A stretch of 63,663 nt of DNA, counting the filler, from Octopus bimaculoides (Eukaryota): the NCBI RefSeq assembly GCF_001194135.2. It is 8 parts of 7 records of this genome, joined end to end, with 100 filler letters (N's around TTAATTAATTAA, not from the genome) between each part and the next. Parts side by side here need not be neighbours in the genome. Positions count along the whole stretch, not along the records: positions 1 to 25,339 come from NC_068991.1; 7 more parts are not named here. One strand, written 5' to 3'. This document shows positions 1 through 14,704 of the stretch, one piece after another. Within the stretch, counting starts at the first letter, position 1. Every line of letters begins with the position of its first letter. The notes beneath the pieces are model-generated. The model had not been told where the DNA came from. It saw only the letters and a program-made list of their open reading frames with translations, and did not search any database. The position numbers and the translations under genes were made by a program.

Positions 1-1289
1 ATTTGACGAAAAGCAACAAAAATTCATTAGGTTATAACAATACGTACGCTTCGTACAAATTTCATTTATTTATGTAGTGAGAACACAACATAAGATGTGC
101 AATGAAAATGTACTCCTCAGCTGCATAATGGATAAATGAATAATATCTCTCTTCTACTACCCCACATTAATGTATACCTTACTTTAACTATAAATGTTTG
201 CCTTGTTCTAATTTAACTATTAATATTCTCTATGGTTTTAAATTTAGTACTTTAGTGTTTTGTTGTATTATTCTAAATATACTGACGAATGGATATATCC
301 TTAATAATTTTCCAATATCTTGACCTAAATTCCCTTACCTTAAATTTCCTTTAGCCACTCCTTAGGGTATTGTCCTTCCATTTTCATTTTTATTTCTATA
401 TATATTTTTTTCCTTTTTTCTTATCGCTTCCTTGATTTCCCCTAACCTACTGTCCCTTACTACTTAATCTACCTTCCTCTAAATTGAAATTACTGCAATC
501 TAACCCCTCCAATTAGAATATATAGAAATTAAATTCATGTTTGATTCACTAGACTGTTGATTAACAGCCCAGTCAAGATGATATTTTCTTCATCTCCTAC
601 TCTTGTATTTGCACACATCTACAAAATGACTTTCTAAAATGAACTTCCATTATGCAGCTGAGGAGTACATTTTCATAGCACATCCTATGTTGTGTTCTCA
701 CTACGTAAATAAATGAAGTGTATGAAACGTACGTACTACTATAACCTAATGAATTTTTGTTGCTTTTCTTCAAATTTTATTCACCAAGTCTCTTGATTTT
801 GCTTTTGGTTTTTACCCTACCAAATTCTGGTGCCCCAAACATTTTAAGTACTACATTTAATCTTTTGATTAAATNNNNNNNNNNNNNNNNNNNNNNNNNN
901 NNNNNNNNNNNNNNNNNNNNNNNNNNNNNNNNNNNNNNNNNNNNNNNNNNNNNNNNNNNNNNNNNNNNNNNTATATATATATATATATTACATTATATTA
1001 TATGTATATACCAATTATAGACACAAACACTCGCTATACTTCTCGACTTTCAACATTATTCGTCAACTAGTTGACCATTTATCTAATGAACCTAATCGAA
1101 TGTTTGATGTTCGGTGAATCAATCACCTTTTTTCCTCAAACCTTTTGTCATTTTGGACGTCATCAATTAAATGCCCTCTCGATGACAGAATTACCTCGAG
1201 GTTGTCTTTCCATAGATTACTAATCTTAAAATTATACAAGTCGGAATGTAATTTAGAATCCATGTGTATGTATGTGTGTGCGTGCGTGT

Positions 1290-1334
<45 letters not shown>

Positions 1335-1542
1335 CGTGTGTGTGTGAAAGAGAGAGAGACTGATAGAGTGAGCGAGCGAGTGAGAGAAAATGTGTTCCTG
1401 TGTGTGATTTCGTGACTATGTGCGTGTATGTACGCGTCGCACCTGTGTAGCGTCGTGTTGAGTCTATAATTGTGAGCTAGGGTCATGTATATATGTGGGT
1501 GCATGCGCGTTCATTTATGTGCATTTCTTTCTTTCTTTTATT

Positions 1543-1748
1543 CTTTTACTTGTTACAGTCATTTGACTGCGGCCATGCCAAAACACCACCTTTAGTTGAA
1601 TCAGATCGACACCAGGACTTATTCTTTGTAAGCCTAGTACTTATTCTATTGGGTCTCTTTCCCGAACCACTAAGTGACGGTGACATAACACACCACCATC
1701 GGTTGTGAAGCGATGTTGGGGGGACAAACACAGATACACAACATATAT

Positions 1749-1789
<41 letters not shown>

Positions 1790-1950
1790 CGACCGCCTTC
1801 TTTCAGTTTCCGTCTACCAAATCCACTCACAAGGCTTTGGTCGGCCCGAGGCTATAGTAGAAGACACTTGCCCAAGCTGCCACGCAGTGGGACTGAACCT
1901 GGAACCATGTGGTTGGAAGGCAAGTTAATTACCACACAGCCACTCCTGCG
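1543..1950 (-). mobile_element. tRNA-derived composite SINE with internal CA/TA microsatellite
   Basis: Minus-strand head gcaggagtggctgtgtgg...ggttcagtcccact (A/B-box-like) and tail gcatggccgcagtcaaatgactg. The same family occurs at 38700, 41915, 52385, 58050 and 60140. Confidence 0.85.
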
Positions 1951-3088
1951 CGTGGTTTTTGTAAAATGTGAGAGTGGCTAAACGTTTATTTATATATATA
2001 TTTATCGACTTAGTTTATGGTTAGCGTCTTTGCTATGGTAAACTGACTGCCTATATAAGAGACTGCTCCGGTATGTAAGAAGGCTTGTACAGACATTGAA
2101 GTCTAGTCGCTGTACTTGCTTTCGGACATGTTATGGATCAATTTACAGCTTTGTGTCACACATTCGTCGTCAATTCCTGGGATTCAACAGCATTAATTTC
2201 TTTTGAGACTGCACTTCCAAAAAGAACAGACATGCTGTAGCCAAAATATGTTTTTAACGTCATTAAAACAGGGAAGAAATCTTTCCAGTAAAGTGAGATT
2301 AAATAAAGCAGACATAAGGGCAGCAGAAATTCATAAAACTGTCGTCACCTTTCCATGCACATACACACATACACATGTAAACATACACGCACACACATAT
2401 ACACGCATATGAACATATATATATACACATACACACACCTACACACATATATCTCCAAATATATACACATACACACATATATACACACATACTCATACGC
2501 ATGTGTAAATGCACACACACATATGCGCGTATATATATACATACGCATGGCCCTACATTTATATTTGTGTAGAATATAGAGATATATACTTACATACGTA
2601 TAAAATATACAGGTATATACTCATTCACGTATATGATATATAAATATAATAAACCAAATGATATAATATAAAGAAAGATATATGAGAAAATATGTAAGAA
2701 AGCGTAGAGAATAACAGAAGTAGGAGTTCAAAACACTGGATTTTCAAATACTTCACTATTTAACGAATACGAAGGTTACAAACAAATATTAAGGGAATGC
2801 GTAACTGAGAGGCCGATTACATGATATGACATATCTCTCACATTTTTAAAGGAGTCAAAAATATTTAAATGAGATGTGCGCGATCAACTACGCTAGAAAG
2901 TATGAATAAATAGTAGCTAAGAATTATTATTCGAAGTTTGTGTATGTAAGTGTGTTGGGGGATAGAAAAGGAGGTCCAAGATGGGATTGAAACTGGGCCT
3001 TCGTGGTTGCAAAGCGAATTTCTCAACCATTCTTCCATGTTACGTCTACATACGCATGTTCAGGCATGCACACACAAATACACACACG

Positions 3089-3128
<40 letters not shown>

Positions 3129-3239
3129 CTCGTGCATATGCTTCATAAGCAATAGAAGCAGCATTAGAATACACAGTGCATTCCAGAAAGTTTGAGATTG
3201 TCAGGGCAGAATTTATTAATTTCATAGTAGAAACAGAAT

Positions 3240-3790
3240 TTAGGATCTTCTAAATTCAATGCAATTGTTGCACCGATTCATTCACTTCGGGAAAGGCCAA
3301 TGGAAGACTTCTAAATTGAAGACGTCCAGCACACTTGTCACAGCCTCCTTCATTTTCAAAATAACTGCCTCAGATTTTCCTATAGCTTGAGGAACACCCA
3401 GATGTCACAGAGAGTAAGGTCTCGATAGTTGGTTGACTGAAGGACATCTCTAATGCTCATTTCTATCAAGTATTTGGTTGCCAGGATGCTTGTCACGGAA
3501 CACCCTGGAAACAAACCTACACAGACTTTGTGCATTTTCAGATCTTCATGAATAATTTTGTGTACAGTTGGCACACCATCTCCAAAATCTGTTTATTGTC
3601 TTTATAGACAAACAACGATCTTCACCCAGAAATTTCTAAATTTTCTCAACGCTCTAATGGTTTGACGTGTCCCTTTCCTTCCCTCTCATCGCCTCTTACC
3701 TTTTCTCTACCGTTCTTTCGTGTAGAATCTAATCAGCCGTAACCAGCACTGTTTAGAAGGATGTTCTCAAAATACTGTTACCTCTGTCTC
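3240..3790 (-). mobile_element. Mariner transposase relic, internally deleted
   Basis: TVHKIIHEDLKMHKVC resembles mariner TVHxILHEDLGMRKVC. YRDLTLCDIWVFLKL resembles YSPDLAPCDFWLFPKL. The C-terminal EMKEAVTSVL...RCNNCIE is mariner-like. Confidence 0.8.
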
Positions 3791-4025
3791 CTTCAATCTT
3801 GAATAACAAAACTTGGCAGGTCAACTTATTAGATGCATAGTAATGATATAATAAAATTCCAACAATCAAGTGCAGTAAATTCCTCGTCTTAAGAAGTCAC
3901 AAAACATCTCGAATGCATCTCGTACCATAGCCATCTGCGTATGATATTTGATTTAAATACATCGATGAAATGCAAATTTACCACAGTATTCTTCCACGTA
4001 GTTACATAAAGTATGATACAGAAAT

Positions 4026-4059
<34 letters not shown>

Positions 4060-4144
4060 TGTGTGTGTGTGTGTATTGTATGTGTATTGTGTGTGTGTGT
4101 GTGTGTGTATTGTGGGTGGGTGTATTGTGTGTGTGTATTGTGTG

Positions 4145-4188
<44 letters not shown>

Positions 4189-5130
4189 CGTGCGTGCGTG
4201 CATGCGTGTGTGTTTGACGCACTTTCATATAATTTTCTTGATCTTTTGCTGAATTTACTCACAAGGTTTTGATCAATCCGAGGCTAAAGTTAACCAAACT
4301 TGCCCAAATTCACACAGTAAGACTGAAATCGAAACCGCGTGATTTTAAATAACAAATATCATATATATATAGGGTATACCACATATGTGTCTTTTGTTCA
4401 ACATTGTTTTGAAAATACGGAATACATTATGAAAATCAAGTGTAAAGTAGATGTATAAATTCTTGTTTAACCTTTTACATATCGGACATCCATCATTTCG
4501 TTGTGCAATTACTGTAGTCTATTCGAGCATGTATAATTCATTTGAATCCTTGGCGTGTTTATCGACTTATGCATTATGATTTATTGAATGTATGGGTGCA
4601 AATTGAATTTAGGTGTTAGAATCAGCAGATGATATTGGATTCTTGTCTCTGATATCTGATTATTCAAATGACATTGGTAGATCCTTAAATCAGGACTAGC
4701 ATCCATGTCAAATTTAGGTTGCCCTACGTTATTAATCTTAAATATTCAAAAGTTTTGTGAAAAATACATTTTATGTGACACAGACCTGTGCTAGAATCAA
4801 GATAAATAGCACAAAAATCATGTAACTGAAAAGAGCACATCGGAAAGGTAATTACAGGGAAATGATTTTAGGAACGTCGTTTTAGATTAAAATTAGAGAT
4901 TCTTTAGAATGTCATTTGACTGTGAGAAGGAGTCAGATTGAATCAATATTCTTGCCCCTAATAAGTTCTATATCATGTGTTTGCTCACTGCTACTCGCTT
5001 CTAGCACTCTCTAGCTTTCAGGGATAGTCATACATACATACATATATGCATACATGCATACATAGATACATGTATGCATATATATATATATGCATATATA
5101 TATATGTATGTATGTATATATATATTGTTG

Positions 5131-5340
5131 TATTTGGGGATGGTCATGTTGCCAGTTTAGCCAATAAAAACACACGCACTGTATATTTGGTGCTAATTTG
5201 CTTCAGCTTTATATAACATTACATTACATTACATTAATGCATATGCAGTGCATGTGTTTTTATTGGCTAAACTGGCAACATGACCATCCCCAAATATCTG
5301 TTTCAACACACGATTTCACATCAAAAATCTTGCAAAAGAA
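5131..5340. repeat. Inverted pair of a dispersed repeat (probable Penelope-type terminal repeat fragments)
   Basis: 56-bp arms at 5131-5186 and 5241-5296 with 2 mismatches. Another copy lies at 25200-25338. Confidence 0.7.
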
Positions 5341-8300
5341 ATATATATATACATATACATATATATAAATATACATATATATATATATGCATATATATAT
5401 ATATGCATATATATATATATATATGTGTATATGTGTGTGTGTGTGTGTGTGTGGGTGTGGGTGTGGGTGTGTGTGTGTATACATATATGTATATGTACAG
5501 AAAGAGAAAGAGAGAGGGGGAGAATGAATAAATTGTCTTGTTTGTGTTCTTGCTGTTCTGTGTACACAACTCATGAATTATTAAAACGTATCTTCCACAG
5601 AGAAATATTTTTAATAAACGTAAATTCAGAAACAAGTATCTCGTTTGTATGCCTATAATATTTGGTTTATCAAATCACATTTATAGATTGTGTTGACAAT
5701 GACTGCACAAAGAGTGGAGAAACTGCTTTCCTCTTAGATATAAAAACGCAGTCGTGTATTTTTTCGTGCGATGTACCCTACGTTTTGTACTAAAATTTAA
5801 TCAATAACACTTTTGTATTATTACACAAAGGAGTCAATTTCCCGTCTGTTTTGAAACTAAAAGTTAATTTGTCGACACCTTAATTGTAAACTCTATCCAG
5901 AAATGACGTTTATGACGTAGACTTGCTCATAAATTTCTATTGAGTTTTCTCGTTTTCATTATCAAGTAACACAGTGTCACGTCTGCTCGTTTAAATCAAT
6001 AGTTAATTTTCCTTATTGTTTATTATAAATAGTTAATGAACACACTGTATTTCTGATTACTCTTCCATTCGAATTGGCAATGGCGCCTTTATAATTACTG
6101 TCTCGATACGACAACACGCCCAATTAGTAATTCTAGTTCTACATAATACAAATCCTATCAACACCTCATAATTAACTCTGTGGTTAGTCTGCTTAAGAGG
6201 TTCGCCAGGGATGTCTTTATGTAAACGCTTTAGAGTATAAACAAAATATTGTTTCTGAATGAATTCACAATGTAACTTAAATTCCTATCGAATGACCATT
6301 AATTGACTGTTCAGTTCAGCATGTTTACATCATTTATATCTTGTTGATAATTGACGTTTACCCAAACAGCATCTCATTGTTATCTTTATGATGCAATCAG
6401 TGGGTATAAGATATTGTTGCACTGGTAACAGTATGTTGCACTGATCAGATAATAGCTCATATGAATTCAAAATGTTTCTTTTAGTCGGTGGGGTGTTCCT
6501 GAGACGCCATGCATAATTCTCATTATAAGCATTAAAGACGGTAATAATAGATATTTCCATTAATTTGTAAATCAGTACAATATATAACGTAGTCCACATA
6601 TTTTGTGAGAGGGTATATACAGGAAATATGAGAGATTAGACTTAATGTAATAGTTGTAATTATATAGACGTTCTATTGTATAAAACATCGACAATATTTG
6701 TCGAGTAGTGATCGAGAATTGAATCGATGACTGTTCATCATATATTTATTCTCAATCTTGATCATAAATTTTAAAATATTAATATTTAAGAAACAAACAT
6801 AGAACACCATTCGTAAGGGCTGTGGGCACATTTAGACTAATTTCGTTTAACGTTCAGCGGGATTTAACTTACAAAACTGAATGCATTGAGTGACGTTCAC
6901 ATTCCTTTCATCAAATAAGCACTGTGTTTATGAATAATGGAAAGGGGAAAACTATGAGTATAAGACCTATAAATATATATATTAAAAACACAATAATTTA
7001 GATGTTTCTCAGCAACATCACTCTCTATAATAAACGAGTTTCATGATTGTCAACACACGCACAAAAATACCTCAATAACAAATCGTAATAAATATTACAA
7101 TTGTAATTTACTTTATCAGAATACCTTCTAATGTTATTTTATCCACATTCCCATCATCTTGATTTTGTTTACGCTATTGAAATCAGTTTATTATAGCTAA
7201 TGATTTTATCTTAATTGTTATTCCAATACCCTAACTGAAGTTTAATAAAACTAGTGATAAATACATTACGATTATCGTGAAATATAGACCCGTTAAATAA
7301 AAGCGCCTAAACAACATTGGGTACATTATATCATGTACACAATTGTTGGAAATCTCTTCATTTTCATATCTTGGGTTATTTCTATACATTTATTACGTGT
7401 CTAACGACGTTGTTTGTATCAGTGCTGTTCAGTTTATACAGCACTTAATTTTAACTCGATATTCCTAGACAAGCTAACACATTCGAGCTAAACTAGTAAG
7501 AATTGGCAACATTATATAATGAATTTATTATATATATATACGATTTGTAATATAAAACTAACAATTCACCCAGGGGTATACAGAAACAATAATACACTTA
7601 GTGATGCTTCGGCGATAAGAATTGAAAATGAATGTCACTTGAGATCCATGAAAAATATTTCAAATCAATAACAATGTTGCTAATAACTAATTTAGTATTA
7701 ATCTTTACTTGGATGAACAAGAAAGTGATAGTCATAAAAATTATTCTATTGGCCAATAAAATTTAATGTATCCAAAAATTATATTAAGTCAATATTTACA
7801 TTTTACTCTTCAATTATTTTTTTATTGAGATGTAAATATATTATAAAGCATGCAAGCAAAATTTAATTTTTCATTTTTTGTTATTGTTTTCTTGATTTTT
7901 GTAATATACGGTATGGTACATTTATGTTGTTTATTGTTATTGTTTTGCTATTTTTTGTAATATACGCTATAGTACATTTATGCTAAAGCGATTTGTTTAT
8001 CTTTGTAAGACATTAAAAAATGTAGTTAAATAAAGTTTTCAGAAGAAACTAAATTGTATCTACAAGAACGTAATCATAAAGACTGCAAATCAATAATTTT
8101 AGCGAGCTGTGAAACAAAAGGAATTTTACATATGGCAGTCTTTACAGTTAACAGCTTTCGAAGATCAGTACGAATAAGCGATTAACTAAACTGCAAACGG
8201 CATCTTCATATTTTCCATATTATGGAATTTTCATTACTTGTAAGAATTATAAATATATGACAACAAATGCGTTGAGCCATTTGATCTTTTATATCCATTT

Positions 8301-8690
8301 AAACCCCAAACTGAAGATCAAATATTGTTGACGCAATGATTGCTTTCTGTTGACTAAAAGATAGAAATCTTCCATTTCGAAAAACTTTTCGACAACGTTT
8401 GAGGAAATATTGTAAATAAACTGATTGCCTTATATAAAAATTTTATATATTCCCATTAATTTCCAGATTTTACATAAACAGAACTTTGTGGAATTTGACG
8501 TCTAACTGATGAAAAAGTCACAGATAAAAAAATGTCTAAGCTTTTCGTTTCTCATTTATTTGTAGACTAATTCTTACAAAATAACCAGAACTTCAGAAAC
8601 AGTATATATTACAGTAAGATGTTGCGTTTGAAAATACATGTGATACAGTGTTAGATGTTTTTTATTTAAAGATTAGACATAGATTATAGC

Positions 8691-8729
<39 letters not shown>

Positions 8730-10197
8730 GGCATACTTTCTTTCAAAGTAACTTCTGGCAACGTCAACAAAACTTAAAATATCTGCATATTATAAACCAA
8801 GACCACTAAGTGACGATTAAATTTTAGTTTTATTTTCTCATCAAGTGTGAGATGTAGCTGGTATTTTCCGAATGAGGGAATAATTATAAATCAGATTCCA
8901 TCAAATGTCATTGCCATGTTTGTGAATAAATTAACATTTTAGTGCTACAGAATGTTTAACTGAGGGTGATAGTGGTATGAGTGTAAAACAATGGTTAATT
9001 TATGACATGCATTAGATTGTTTTGCTGCTTAAGCCCCTTTAAAATCTATGGCCACTTTTATTAATTGGAATTTTATTGTACAAACAAATTCAGTTTTACT
9101 GCATAAACAGAATGTGAATCTTCAAGTACATTCTTACTATATAATGCGTAATGGATAGACTTTTTTATGCATACAGCGGTAACCTTACACGATTTGAGAT
9201 AGAATTTTGAGTATCAGTCGCAGCTTCTCTTCTATAACATGGTTGAAAAGCTAGTATATTATCTCTTGGATAAGACTCACTGGTCCATCACTGTAAACGT
9301 TCACAAATCTTCTGCCTACACCTGTTTTCATCCTGGTAAAATGATATAACAAAATATGAAGTTTATCCTCTGTCCAAACGAAAATATACCTGCTCTTGAT
9401 ATGAACTTACAACTCGGGGACAAGTAATCTAATGCCTTAGTTCCTACTGTATTAGCTTGTCTCTGTGGATTTTATGTGAGAGCTCAATGAGACAATTTTG
9501 TGACAGAGTAGTTTGGACATTTACTGCATTATCTGCTATATACAGAACTCACCGACTGCTGATTTGAGGTGGCAATATAAAATAATGATATATTCTCGTC
9601 TTTCATGGTGATTTTATGTAAGTTTGTTCTTGGGCTATTTCATTTCATTTGCTATTTATATCTTCGATTTTCAATCACATCAATAATTTAAACAGGAGAT
9701 AACTGGTCAATAAATCAATGGGAAAAAGTGAAAGATTTTGGTGCTGATCCATTGAACTCTTATGAGATGAGAAGAGGCTCTGGTTCCATGAATTTTGTGT
9801 TTATATAATTAAGTAAATAACTATAAATGTGTAGGTCATTCTATAGGTAAATTTACATTAGCGAATTCTAAATAGATATTGCTATGACCAAAGTTTTACA
9901 CCTTACAGCGCGTGTCTGATAGATTGCCGTTTCAGAAATTTCCGGACATCATAGCGCATACAGTTCCGATAAGTGATATAGACGAAAAGTAAAAAATTTA
10001 ATTAAGAAAATTCACGTTTGCATGTCATGTCAAGCGTACAGCAAGCTAGCAGCGATCTCTTTGGTTCTCTGACTAATGGTTAACTAAATACATATTTTAT
10101 AAACACTGCAAATTCCAACATACTATAAGACTAGGGGGTTCATTTCTCTATATATATACAGCGAGATACCGAGAGAGAGAGGAGAGAGTGATCGACA

Positions 10198-10292
<95 letters not shown>

Positions 10293-11144
10293 NNNNNNNN
10301 NNNNNNNNNNNNNNNNNNNNNNNNNNNNNNNNNNNNNNNNNNNNNNNNNNNNNNNNNNNNNNNNNNNNNNNNNNNNNNNNNNNNNNNNNNNNNNNNNNNN
10401 NNNNNNNNNNNNNNNNNNNNNNNNNNNNNNNNNNNNNNNNNNNNNNNNNNNNNNNNNNNNNNNNNNNNNNNNNNNNNNNNNNNNNNNNNNNNNNNNNNNN
10501 NNNNNNNNNNNNNNNNNNNNNNNNNNNNNNNNNNNNNNNNNNNNNNNNNNNNNNNNNNNNNNNNNNNNNNNNNNNNNNNNNNNNNNNNNNNNNNNNNNNN
10601 NNNNNNNNNNNNNNNNNNNNNNNNNNNNNNNNNNNNNNNNNNNNNNNNNNNNNNNNNNNNNNNNNNNNNNNNNNNNNNNNNNNNNNNNNNNNNNNNNNNN
10701 NNNNNNNNNNNNNNNNNNNNNNNNNNNNNNNNNNNNNNNNNNNNNNNNNNNNNNNNNNNNNNNNNNNNNNNNNNNNNNNNNNNNNNNNNNNNNNNNNNNN
10801 NNNNNNNNNNNNNNNNNNNNNNNNNNNNNNNNNNNNNNNNNNNNNNNNNNNNNNNNNNNNNNNNNNNNNNNNNNNNNNNNNNNNNNNNNNNNNNNNNNNN
10901 NNNNNNNNNNNNNNNNNNNNNNNNNNNNNNNNNNNNNNNNNNNNNNNNNNNNNNNNNNNNNNNNNNNNNNNNNNNNNNNNNNNNNNNNNNNNNNNNNNNN
11001 NNNNNNNNNNNNNNNNNNNNNNNNNNNNNNNNNNNNNNNNNNNNNNNNNNNNNNNNNNNNNNNNNNNNNNNNNNNNNNNNNNNNNNNNNNNNNNNNNNNN
11101 NNNNNNNNNNNNNNNNNNNNNNNNNNNNNNNNNNNNNNNNNNNN

Positions 11145-11192
<48 letters not shown>

Positions 11193-14100
11193 ATATGCAT
11201 CCATGTATATCTATACATCATATATAAATATACATATACATATAGGCATACACAAAGTAGTATATATATATATATTATAATATTCATACGAAGAATATAA
11301 GAAATGGGATATATAATTCGGTTGAGTATTAAATGTGTGTTAGGGCATCGAGTAAGAAGAGGGTTATATTTTATTCAAATGTGATGGTCAACACATGAGC
11401 TTAAATTGCTTTTCAGTAAAATCAAGACAAATTGTACGGGGAAGATTTGTATCACGTTACATCGACAGTAGTTATATTACAGTCATTCATTTAATCAACA
11501 CTAGATAGTGAAACTTAAAATCAGTAATGTCACAAATTTGAACTCGGAGTCAAACGAAACGAAATATATTGAAACGCAATAATCTACGCAAATATATAGT
11601 GTGCCAATTTACAAGATGGTATAGAAATGAACATTGATTTATAGCATTGATAAAGTGCCATCACAGGCAAAGTTAATATTCGTGGTGTATTTAAATGAAG
11701 CTTATTAACGTTTACATACTTTATCTTCTTCTGAATTATGGAATGAAACATAGCCTCAGAATATAAATGGTCTTTATTAAATACTTTAGCGCAATTCCTC
11801 AGACAGATGGGTTTCAGACACAGTTGTCCTGATTTAATTGAATATTAAAACACAGACTGCTAATGGCCACCATTTAAAAGCTAGCTTGAAAGTAATATCT
11901 GAATATATAGATTTTTTTTTATTTCCGAGAAAGTACACATGTAACAGTATTTACTACCGAACGCTTCTGTAATCCATGGCCTTTTCCATTGGATTAGTAT
12001 CCTTATCGATTTCACAAAAGACGTATATGCTAAAAATAGAATATGGGCATCAAAAGAGCAACAGAGGAAAAATCGGTGATCGGAATTTAAAAATAGGTTT
12101 TAAAATTGACTGACCGAAAGATTAACTCAATTCTACACATCAAATACCAGCGTGATTGCTTGCATCGTATCCAAAGTATATTTCCAGGACAAATCAATAA
12201 TTGTTAAAAATATTTCCATGGTATTGTTAATAAAAACAATAAACATTAAATAACGAAGTAAAAGGTGAGTTTTCGACAAGGCCAGTGCAATTTGGTTTCT
12301 GATATTCCATTAAGGCTTTTATTTAAGTTCCTGATACAGACACGGACCACATATAGATTTCGTATCCTCTGGCCATGAATTTTTAGCACTCTTTCTTTAA
12401 ATACCTTATCTTTCTATTTTCTGCACTTTAATTTCAGGTTCCACCGGTGTCAAGTTTGCTTTTCCTCCTTTCCGTTTCAATTTATAAAATGCCAGTCAGA
12501 TGTGCGAAGATTGATGGAATGTTTAGAGCGATCGATAGGATATTTTGCTGTATGTGTTCCGAATTTGCGTCTTGATAGCAAAGCTGAGACAGCAAAGGCG
12601 CCAAGTTCTATCGATTCGTAACTTTCCTACTGACAACATCGAATGCATGGGCAGGGAAAATTGTTATTGCTATATCTAAACATTTTTACTCCAAATATAG
12701 AGAATATTTGTAACAACAGATAATCTCTGGTAGCGGGCTGGCATCACTACGAGATATATAGAATGCGACCCACTTCGTATTGCTAGTTCTTGATATTTTG
12801 GTTGTTTTATGTTGCTAACGACTTGTGAAAGCTATGAAGGTCACAACTGCTGGTTCATTGCTGACCAGAATTAAGTCATTTATATTTAGTGATAATAACT
12901 TAATACTGATTGTAAAATAAGTTATGCACTTCGATTGACATGAAATTTTAGATAAGAATCCATTCAGTAAGACTGATTGGGAAGATATATATAAATATAT
13001 ACGCACATGTGTGTGCGCGCGTGCGAATGTATGTGTGTGTGTGTATGTGTGTGTGTGCGTGTCTATGTATGTGTGCTCGTGCACGTATGTGTATTTATTT
13101 AATACGGTCTCAGTACTTGATATTTAAATTGTTTTTCTGTTACTTTGCCATTACCTCCGGTGTGGGTTCTTCACTCTTAAAAGGCGAATATCTGTAGCAG
13201 CCATCGGAAACTAATCATTTAATCATCCGACCATCTGCCTCTCTCGTTGTCTTGTTTGGACGGTTTAAACTATTTTATATTTTACTTATTGTTTATTTAG
13301 CTGACAATCTTGGTCCTTCACGCAGACAATCTGCCCATACAATACAATGTAAGATTATTTATTTGTACTGTGCTGTAATAAAGTTCGTAATTTTGGTGAT
13401 AAGATCTGACAAACTGATACTGTAAGGAGCTGCACACTATTACAGAAAAGCAAAGAAGTTTGTTCTCACGGCTGAATAGTAACACGCACAAGGCACTCAT
13501 GCATGTATTGGTAATTTTCTTATCTTTAAACAAACAAATGTGCAGTTAGATGGATAGTGACTAGAAGGAATAATAGATATATCTCTCACTCAAAATATAC
13601 TGACAGATGTTAGCTTAGCCTTTGTTAAAACTTCGTATTTCAGAGCTAACAATTGACTGATATATCTACAAGTTAATCCATATGTTTCACGGATCAGTAA
13701 AATTTACAAGTTTATTCAATAAGAAAGGCCTTTAAAAGGAGAATGAAAACAGATAAATAACACTGAGGCTGTATTCTTTGAAGTAAACGAAAGAAAAACA
13801 TATCAAAACATGATACAATGAAGCACATTACACATGTATTGAGTTAAGATATATAAGATTTAGTCAGTTCATATCATAAATATAATCACAGATTTTCTAC
13901 ATAGAAGCATTGCTTCTTTTCATTATACATGGTCCTTGTGGCATTGTTCATATAAACTGTATAATTGTATATCGATATATGCGCCCCTGTGTTTGCTTAA
14001 ATATGTATGTTATTGTATGCGTGTGCGCCACAAATAGTCCCGCACATGGAATAGATTCTTTGGCGTGAAATGTTTGAACGTACTAGCCGATAAATTTTGT

Positions 14101-14555
14101 AAGTGCCTTCCTCATGTGTTGTTTTTGATGTCGCATGGTCAAAATTCCCATGAGTTGTATAGACATTTTCAAATTTATTCGAATATTTGGCTGAAGATCG
14201 GAATAGAGTACCTTCATACTCTTAACCGTGAAACGTCGTACTCAATTAACTAAAGGCAGGTTTGTTTTTGCTTTTCTCTTCGGTTTTGTTCTGTGTGTGC
14301 CATAAATATCGCCATCCGTTAGAGATTAAAATTGTAGTTTCGAATCATTGTTCTTTGACTGCTATTTCTAAATTTTCAGTATGTTAGAGAAGCAACTCAT
14401 GCTAATCCCTGTATATCGATANNNNNNNNNNNNNNNNNNNNNNNNNNNNNNNNNNNNNNNNNNNNNNNNNNNNNNNNNNNNNNNNNNNNNNNNNNNNNNN
14501 NNNNNNNNNNNNNATATATACATATATACACACGCACACACACATATATATATAT

Positions 14556-14624
<69 letters not shown>

Positions 14625-14672
14625 TATATATACATACATACATATATATACATACATACATATATACAAACA

Positions 14673-14704
<32 letters not shown>

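Noticed and set aside
2040-2200. CTATATAAG TATA box with downstream ATG
   Set aside because: TATA-like words are common in this AT-rich DNA, the ORF is short, and there is no good donor or supporting motif.
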